Source of the DNA: Acaryochloris marina S15
Lineage (GTDB): Bacteria > Cyanobacteriota > Cyanobacteriia > Thermosynechococcales > Thermosynechococcaceae
Direction: 5' to 3'
Assembly: GCF_018336915.1 (NCBI RefSeq)
Contig: NZ_CP064923.1
Span: 3,802,385 to 3,826,384, forward strand
DNA: 24,000 bases
In this document: piece by piece, positions 8,974 to 15,263 of the stretch
Layout of the letters: each line of letters opens with the position of its first letter
Numbering within the stretch: position 1 is the first letter of the stretch
Position numbers and translations under genes: made by a program
Notes under the pieces: model-generated
Database searches by the model: none
Told to the model about the DNA's origin: nothing
Seen by the model: only the letters and a program-made list of their open reading frames with translations

Positions 8974-9212
8974 CAAGTGGAATCTATAAAGGTTCTACCC
9001 TTCTCCTAGACGATTTCTTCGGTGCACTTGCACCCAGAGCATAGCACTTACTTCCCTAAAGTGCAGACTCTGTGAAAGGTCATCGTTTTATGACATTACC
9101 GATAGAAATTATTGTTGGCTCTAAAGCTAAAAGTCTTACCAAACATGGTCATCAGTGCCTTGATGGCAATCTGGCAAGAATAAACATAACTTTTGATACT
9201 AGAGGGTGATCA

Positions 9213-10016
9213 ATGAGATTTCGCACTTTAATCGTTACTTTTTTAGCGGTCTGTCTGGGGGTTTTCTCAGTCAACGCCAAGGCTTTGGCAGTTGTACCCA
9301 GCTCTATGACCTATGACCAGGTAAAAGGCACTGGTCTGGCTGATAGCTGCCCAACCCTTCCTACAGGCACCGGTGACACCATATCAGTCGGAGGCTCTGC
9401 CTACATTACAGATTTGTGTTTCCAACCAACTTCTTTCTTTGTGAAGGAAGAGCCTAAGAACCCTCGCCAAGAGGCCGAATTCGTGCCTGCGAGCGTTATG
9501 ACTCGGAAAACAACCACCCTTGAGCAGATTGAAGGACCTTTGTCTGCTGATGGCGGCGGTCTAACTTTCAAAGAGACCGATGGCATGGACTTCCAAGCCA
9601 TTACTGTACAAATTTCTGGCCGTGAGCGCGTACCCATGCTGTTCACCGTCAAGGAACTTCTGGCTTCTGCCTCCGGCAGCTCCATCGCCGATGGAACGAG
9701 CTTCTCTGGAGAGTATGCAGTACCTTCCTACCGGACTTCAGGTTTCTTAGATCCTAAAGGCCGGGGTGTTTCCACTGGTTACGACAATGCTGTTGCACTT
9801 CCTGCTTCCGCAGATGCTGATAAGCTGAACCGAGCCAATGCCAAGCGCTTTGACCTCACCAAAGGTAGTATCTCCATGGATGTTGCTTCTGTTGATAACG
9901 AAACTGGAGAATTTGGTGGCACCTTCGAAAGCGAGCAGTTTTCGGATAGTGACTTAGGTGCTATTGACCCCTTAGAAGTGAAAGTTCAAGGAATCTTCTA
10001 TGGTCGCGTTAACTAA
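9213..10016 (+). CDS. psbO: Photosystem II manganese-stabilizing protein PsbO
   Basis: 267-aa ORF with an N-terminal signal peptide (FLAVCLGVFSVNAKALA). Hallmark PsbO blocks are present: TYDQVKGTGLADSCPTL, the second conserved Cys in DLCFQP, VPSYRTSGFLDPKGRG, GTFESEQFSDSDLGA and EVKVQGIFYG. Confidence 0.95.
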   Translation: MRFRTLIVTFLAVCLGVFSVNAKALAVVPSSMTYDQVKGTGLADSCPTLPTGTGDTISVGGSAYITDLCFQPTSFFVKEEPKNPRQEAEFVPASVMTRKTTTLEQIEGPLSADGGGLTFKETDGMDFQAITVQISGRERVPMLFTVKELLASASGSSIADGTSFSGEYAVPSYRTSGFLDPKGRGVSTGYDNAVALPASADADKLNRANAKRFDLTKGSISMDVASVDNETGEFGGTFESEQFSDSDLGAIDPLEVKVQGIFYGRVN

Positions 10017-10071
10017 GAAAATCTCTTAGATATAACGTTTAGGGTTATTCTGTAACCTAAAATATACATTC

Positions 10072-10111
10072 AAAAAACAGGTGTGTTTAGCTAAAACACA
10101 CCTGTTTTTTT
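10072..10111 (+). terminator. Rho-independent terminator after psbO (A-tract/T-tract flanked, potentially bidirectional)
   Basis: AAAAAA-CAGGTGTGTTT (10078-10088) pairs with AAACACACCTG (10094-10104) around a 5-nt loop. A T7 run follows at 10105-10111. It lies 56 nt after the psbO stop. Confidence 0.8.
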
Positions 10112-10445
10112 ATGTCTCAATTAAGCGAATGGGGAGACTGCGTATTCTTACTGACCCCATCTATACTAGAGGGATTTTAGTTGAGTTTAAGAGTTGCCAG
10201 GCTTTGATTCTACACTCTTCAAATCACTCTCTGTCACTGGCTTGTCGAGATCTCCATACGCCCAAAAGCACAGAGAGATGATAGATAAATAAGGAATGTT
10301 AAGGAGTGTTCAGTAAAGTTCCGTGGATTTGCTGATGTCCGTTTATCCTTTGACTTCTTAAGTTAATGGAAGGTTCAAATTAGTTTTCTTCTCCTCAGAA
10401 TCCTTAATTAGAACGGACTAAAAGACAAATTCATATTTTTTTGAC

Positions 10446-11240
10446 ATGACCGCAACTCTTACTAATAATCTTAAAAGTGAAAGCTTGGAGTTATTGCAGC
10501 AGTATCAACAGTCTTCATGCACTGAGTTGCGAAATCGCCTCGTACAGATGAATTTGGGTTTAGTCAGGAGAGAGGCCCATCGATGGGTTGGTCATTCTAC
10601 TGAAAGTTTTGATGATTTAATGCAGGTGGGTTCCCTCGGCTTAATTCGAGCCATCGAACGATTTGATCCGTTTAAGGGACATGCCTTTAGCTCCTTTGCC
10701 GTTCCCTACATCCGAGGAGAAATTCAACATTATCTGCGGGATAAAAGCCCTCAGGTTCGGATCCCTCGAAAATGGCATGAGCTACAGCGGCAAGCCATTA
10801 ATGTGACCCGAGAAATGAGAGATGAATTACAACGACAACCTACGGATGTTGAGGTTGCTGCAGCCTTAGATATCTGTCAAAAAGAATGGCAAGAAGTAAA
10901 GCTGGCATCCTGCAATCGCTCTGTTTTGAGCCTTGATGCTCCAGTGCATAATTCTGAGCAAGAATCCATGTCTTTGGGGGAACTGTTGCCCGATCGCCAC
11001 TATCACAGTTTTCAGTTAGCTCAAGAAGATCAAATTCGGTTGCGTCAGGCCTTATCTAAGTTAGAAAAGCGGACCTCGGATGTATTAGAGTTTGTCTTTT
11101 TCCATGACTTAACTCAAAAGGAAACGGCTGAGGTCTTGGGTATCAGTGCTGTGACGGTCTCCCGTCAAGTCAAAAAAGGGTTAGTTTCTCTCCGCCAAAT
11201 GTTGAAAGGCTCAGAAGAAGCAACAGAGAAAACCGTTTAG
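10446..11240 (+). CDS. sigF: Group-3 (SigF/SigB-type) RNA polymerase sigma factor
   Basis: 264-aa ORF. Region 2 reads DDLMQVGSLGLIRAIERFDPFKGHAFSSFAVPYIRGEIQHYLRDKSPQVRIPRK and closely parallels Bacillus SigB / cyanobacterial SigF. The region 4 HTH is LTQKETAEVLGISAVTVSRQVKKGL. The gene symbol is tentative. Confidence 0.85.
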   Translation: MTATLTNNLKSESLELLQQYQQSSCTELRNRLVQMNLGLVRREAHRWVGHSTESFDDLMQVGSLGLIRAIERFDPFKGHAFSSFAVPYIRGEIQHYLRDKSPQVRIPRKWHELQRQAINVTREMRDELQRQPTDVEVAAALDICQKEWQEVKLASCNRSVLSLDAPVHNSEQESMSLGELLPDRHYHSFQLAQEDQIRLRQALSKLEKRTSDVLEFVFFHDLTQKETAEVLGISAVTVSRQVKKGLVSLRQMLKGSEEATEKTV

Positions 11241-11332
11241 ATTCCTTCGCTGTTTATCCATCGAATGGGACTTGAACTTTGCTGAGCTGGGGTATGATGC
11301 CAAAGTTGTAAGCAAGAGCCAAGATTGGCAGT

Positions 11333-12334
11333 GTGATTAAGCTTATTTATTGGGGAACCCCACAGTTTGCGGTTCCCAGTTTAGAACGTCTGCTCCAAGC
11401 ACCTGATATAGAGGTGGTAGGGGTGGTCACTCAGCCGGATAAACGGCGCGGCCGAGGAAGCAAAGTGTCTCCATCCCCTGTGAAAGGGGTGGCGATGGAA
11501 GCAGGATTGCCGATTTGGCAATCTCACAATATAAAAAAAGATCAAGGGATTTTGGCAGAGTTGAGATCGCAAGGGGCGGACGCCTTTGTTGTAGTCGCCT
11601 ATGGCCAACTTCTCTCCCCTGAAATCTTGGCTATGCCCCGCTTAGGCTGTATTAATAGCCATGGCTCCTTGCTTCCCAAATATCGAGGGGCTGCCCCCAT
11701 TCAGTGGGGGCTATATCATGGTGAACCCCTAGCGGGTATCACAACTATGCTGATGGATGAAGGCATGGATACCGGCGATATGCTGTTGAACAAAAGTATT
11801 GAGATTGGCCTGCTGGAAAATACCCTGGATGTGGCGATTCGTTTGGCTGATTTGTCGGGTGACTTGTTGATAGATACCTTGAACCAGCTAGACCAACACA
11901 CCATTACGCCTACGCCTCAAGATCCTGAACAGGCAAACTATGCTCCCTTGATTCAGAAATCTGATTTCTCATTAGATTGGTCTCGATCTGCGATCGCACT
12001 TCACAATCAGGTTCGAGGATTTTCACCCAGCTGTGTGACTCAATTTCGAGAATCTGGCCTTAAAATCATGGCAACAGCTCCCCTAGGGGAAGCCTATGCA
12101 GCTGTTCTACCAAAAGAGTTAGCAGCTCTCACTCAGGTCATGCCAACTTCAGACGCTGACCCCGGTAGCATCGTTTATATTGCGCCCCAGCAAGGTCCAG
12201 TTGTGCAAACGGGTGATGGATTATTGTTATTGCGATCCCTGCAAATGGCGGGTAAACGTCGTCAGTCGGGGGGGGACTTTGCCAATGGATTCAGACTCTC
12301 TATGGGGGAGCAGTTGGGAGAAACGGCGGCCTGA
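11333..12334 (+). CDS. fmt: Methionyl-tRNA formyltransferase
   Basis: 333-aa ORF with a GTG start. The N-terminus IYWGTPQFAVPSLERLL, the catalytic block NSHGSLLPKYRGAAPIQW and the C-terminal LQMAGKRRQSGGDFANG are all typical of Fmt. Confidence 0.92.
   Translation: MIKLIYWGTPQFAVPSLERLLQAPDIEVVGVVTQPDKRRGRGSKVSPSPVKGVAMEAGLPIWQSHNIKKDQGILAELRSQGADAFVVVAYGQLLSPEILAMPRLGCINSHGSLLPKYRGAAPIQWGLYHGEPLAGITTMLMDEGMDTGDMLLNKSIEIGLLENTLDVAIRLADLSGDLLIDTLNQLDQHTITPTPQDPEQANYAPLIQKSDFSLDWSRSAIALHNQVRGFSPSCVTQFRESGLKIMATAPLGEAYAAVLPKELAALTQVMPTSDADPGSIVYIAPQQGPVVQTGDGLLLLRSLQMAGKRRQSGGDFANGFRLSMGEQLGETAA
11990..11997. repeat. HIP1 octamer GCGATCGC
   Basis: Exact match read from the sequence. Confidence 0.95.
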
Positions 12335-13278
12335 AGATATTGGGTAATTTCAGCCCAGGCTGGTTTTGCACCGCTACAAAATCGGGAAAAACTGAGAAAG
12401 CCATGGACCATTCCTGGATAGTCCGTTATTTGAGTGGGAACACTGGCCTGTTGTAAGCGCTGACCATAGGCTTGGCCTTCATCTCGTAAGGGATCATAGG
12501 CAGCTGTGATCACCAGGGCAGGCGGTAATTGGCTTAAGTCTTCAGCTAAGAGTGGCGAAAAATAGGGGGACTGAATATCTGCAGGCGACTTGGCATACTG
12601 ATTAACGAAGTGTTCCATGGCAGGTTTTGTTAATACCGGTGCATCCGCATACTGATCCATAGAGGGATGGTTAAGGGTGCCATCCAAGGCAGGATAAAGA
12701 AGAATCTGTCTCTGTAGAGTTGGACCATTCAGATCGCGGGCCATCAGACAGACAGCAGCAGCCAGGTTTCCCCCAGCACTATCTCCCATCACCATCAGTT
12801 GTTGAGGATCAGCCCCTAAAGCCTCAGCGTTTTGGGCTGCCCATTGGGTCACATCATAGCAAGCTTCTAAGGGAGTGGGATAGGGGAATTCAGGTGCTAA
12901 TCGATAGGCTACAGAGAGGATTAAAGCCCCACTTTGATAGGCAATTTGGCGACAGAAGGCATCATAGGTGTCCAGATTACCCGTTACCCAGCCACCGCCA
13001 TGGAAGAAAACAATGCAGGGGAGGTGGGGATTCAAGCTAGGGGAATAGAGCCTAATGGGAATCTTTCCATGGCGACCCGCCACCCATTGATTGCTAATTT
13101 TGGGCAGTTTGCGTTTGCGCCCATGCTTTAGCCAATTGATAACAGCCGGGCGCGTTGTTTCATTCCTTTGACGCAGTGCTTCAGGGCTTAACAGCTCAAT
13201 CGACTGGGAGCGGTTTAATAACCTATCTAGAATCTGAATTTTCCAGTCCAATTGATACTTCTTTGCTAATGACTGCAT
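12262..13278 (-). CDS. Alpha/beta hydrolase, family IV (HSL-like) esterase/lipase
   Basis: It has the oxyanion motif HGGGW, the nucleophile elbow GDSAGG, an acid residue in DPLRDEG and a His in MVHGF. The track ORF extends to 13389, but that extension overlaps the upstream gene by 107 nt. I place the start at Met38 (ATG 13278..13276, MQSLAKKY...), 4 nt after the upstream TAG. Confidence 0.85.
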   Translation of the reverse strand: MQSLAKKYQLDWKIQILDRLLNRSQSIELLSPEALRQRNETTRPAVINWLKHGRKRKLPKISNQWVAGRHGKIPIRLYSPSLNPHLPCIVFFHGGGWVTGNLDTYDAFCRQIAYQSGALILSVAYRLAPEFPYPTPLEACYDVTQWAAQNAEALGADPQQLMVMGDSAGGNLAAAVCLMARDLNGPTLQRQILLYPALDGTLNHPSMDQYADAPVLTKPAMEHFVNQYAKSPADIQSPYFSPLLAEDLSQLPPALVITAAYDPLRDEGQAYGQRLQQASVPTQITDYPGMVHGFLSFSRFCSGAKPAWAEITQYLQAAVSPNCSPIESLNPLAKSPPD

Positions 13279-13282
13279 TGGC

Positions 13283-14389
13283 CTAACAATAGGACTGCAA
13301 GGTGCCGCGTCTGCGAATATCAAGGGTGGCACAGTGGAAGGAACCCCCAAAGGGAGCAAAGTTGATAAAGGGACATTTAATCGGTTCAAATCCCCAATCT
13401 TTGAAGGCTGCGATCAGTGAAGTTTGATCTTCCTCTACGATCACCCGCTTCTCATCCAGCATCAAGACGTTTAGGCTAATCCACTTGCTGCACATGGAGG
13501 GGACGCCCGTGATCGGATCTGGCTCGGGGGGAACCAGCATATCCCAGGATTTAAGGGCTTTAGGAAGCTTATCTACATCGATATATTCAGGGTTAATCAA
13601 AGCCTTTCCTGGAGCCAATGGAATAAAGGTAGAGTCGATATGCATGGGGGTGGGGCAAGAGCTATCAATCTCGTGAATTTGATAGCGATCGCCTAAGTGG
13701 CGTCTGAGCCAAGTAATCCCGGCTTGATTGGTGACATTGCTTTGGGTCACAAATAAATCGCGGCCGCAGCGGACAAAATCGGCAGCATCAAAGACCGGTT
13801 CAAACTCATTAATCACATACCGAATGGGTTCTCCCTTGGCGGGGGGCTTAAAGGAATAATCGAACAGATCGTCCGTTAGCTCTGGCTTTGGTGCAGAGGT
13901 CCAACGGGCTCCCTGGGCAAAATATTCCTTAAAGAGGGGACGATAGGCATGGGTTTCAAAATAGCGGCACCGCCATGCCATGGGGGTTTCAATAATTTCG
14001 TCTCCCAGCACCATAAATCCATCGCGAGGACAGGCAGTACAAAATCCCTTAGAAGACCAATCTAATGCCTTATAGCGCTTGGTTCCTTTAATGACTTCAG
14101 GGCGTCGAACGACCACCCCTTCAGATTCTAGGATGTGAATAAATTCATCTAATTCCCGCTGGGCTTTTTTGAGCAAGAAGCCTGGATATTTCTGTCCCGC
14201 GAAAATCCGGTATAACCGGGCGGTACTGGGAGGAATATTGTAGGTAACGGTCACGTGATAAGGCGGAATGATCGCCCCTTCTAGGTGACCCACAATCACT
14301 TCTTCTAATGGATCCCATTCATTATAGGAATTGACTGGACAGGGGGTTGCAATCGTCGTATCCATCGAGTCTGTCATCAATTCCGTCAT
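13283..14389 (-). CDS. Amidinotransferase of the L-arginine:glycine amidinotransferase (AGAT/StrB1/CyrA) family
   Basis: 368-aa ORF. Long blocks are identical or near-identical to vertebrate GATM as I recall it: SYNEWDPLEEVIVG, EIIETPMAWRCRYFE, W(T)SAPKP, FEPVFDAADF, SKWISLNVLMLDEKRV and RRRGTLQSY. The catalytic triad is conserved: Asp in FDAADF, His in PMHIDSTF and Cys in GGSFHCAT (Cys353, codon 13331-13333). A strong RBS, GAGGAAGGA, precedes the ATG. Confidence 0.88.
   Translation of the reverse strand: MTELMTDSMDTTIATPCPVNSYNEWDPLEEVIVGHLEGAIIPPYHVTVTYNIPPSTARLYRIFAGQKYPGFLLKKAQRELDEFIHILESEGVVVRRPEVIKGTKRYKALDWSSKGFCTACPRDGFMVLGDEIIETPMAWRCRYFETHAYRPLFKEYFAQGARWTSAPKPELTDDLFDYSFKPPAKGEPIRYVINEFEPVFDAADFVRCGRDLFVTQSNVTNQAGITWLRRHLGDRYQIHEIDSSCPTPMHIDSTFIPLAPGKALINPEYIDVDKLPKALKSWDMLVPPEPDPITGVPSMCSKWISLNVLMLDEKRVIVEEDQTSLIAAFKDWGFEPIKCPFINFAPFGGSFHCATLDIRRRGTLQSYC
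13685..13692. repeat. HIP1 octamer GCGATCGC
   Basis: Exact match read from the sequence. Confidence 0.95.
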
Positions 14390-14780
14390 TATCCTTCCTC
14401 ACCTATTTCGAATGGCCACCGGTTGATGCCGAAAGTTTCTTCAGAACTGTATGAGATCTTGCTCAGAAAATCAATCTTGCTCAGCAGCCGTGTCTTTGTC
14501 TGTAACGATTTGCACCATCTTTACTGGCCTATAGACTCCTAAAGCTAAAGTTTGGCTCCTGTTCGAGTCAATAATCTAGGAATTTATTGTGCATCCTTTC
14601 GCGCTAAAGAGTAGTTAGGGGTCTGGCGTAAGTCGTCCATCTTCTGACATGCCTACCCTTCTCGTAAAATGGCTGCACACTTCTCTGCTAAAGGTTTTTG
14701 GTGAAAGTGGTGAGGGGATTCTTGCTGCGATCACATCAGATAACCTGGAATCACCTTTCCTTGACCGATTTTTAGGTCGA

Positions 14781-14832
14781 GAATGAGTTCTGAAGGTTGA
14801 TTGCAAGGGCCAGCAACCTTCAGAACTCATTC
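14781..14832. repeat. Perfect 19-bp inverted repeat (hairpin/cruciform) in a divergent intergenic region
   Basis: GAATGAGTTCTGAAGGTTG (14781-14799) and CAACCTTCAGAACTCATTC (14814-14832) are exact reverse complements separated by a 14-nt loop. Neither strand has a flanking U-tract. Confidence 0.85.
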
Positions 14833-15263
14833 AGCACTTGGCCATATTGGATCGTTTCAGTATTTGAGTGACCCGCTGTACGACCTAGAAATGCTCTCGT
14901 CTTAGTTAGTCAAAATTCTGGTTGATGTGAATGAAGAAATACCAGCAAAAATATTGTTTTTTTAAGATTAACGATTGATTTGTTTCATTAAGTGATTGCC
15001 TGAGTGTTTTATCAGTTGATGATTTAGTCACTAATGTGAAATCCTGGATGCTTTTATAGGGATGATACTTCCAGCTTGGACAGTATTATGAGGTCAATGT
15101 AACCTCCTGCTCTATTCGCCTCTGTCGATTAAAGTTTAATGAATGAATTGGATTGATTTTTGCCTTCTCTGACTAATGAATAATTATTGGTGGTATAACG
15201 ATAAAATCGCTGCATTAGTAATTTTATTGCAGAAAAATGCAGTAAAAGGTTCGCATTGATGAC

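Noticed and set aside
9071-9094. TGTGA half-site and GTCAT-N6-ATGAC palindrome upstream of psbO, considered as a CRP- or NtcA-type site
   Set aside because: It fits neither TGTGA-N6-TCACA nor GTA-N8-TAC. A 5-bp palindrome is expected by chance.
10081-10281. 66-aa + ORF after psbO
   Set aside because: It begins inside the psbO terminator hairpin and has no RBS or recognisable product.
13279-13389. N-terminal 37-codon extension of the esterase ORF
   Set aside because: It would overlap the last 107 nt of the amidinotransferase gene. The extension (MNRLNVPLSTLLPLGVPSTVPP...) is not part of the hydrolase fold. The internal ATG at 13278 lies 4 nt after the upstream stop and is the more plausible start.
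14615-14830. 71-aa minus-strand ORF upstream of the amidinotransferase
   Set aside because: Its first 17 codons are simply the arm and loop of the 19-bp inverted repeat. The product is R/S/P-rich with no recognisable motif and no RBS. It is probably non-coding.
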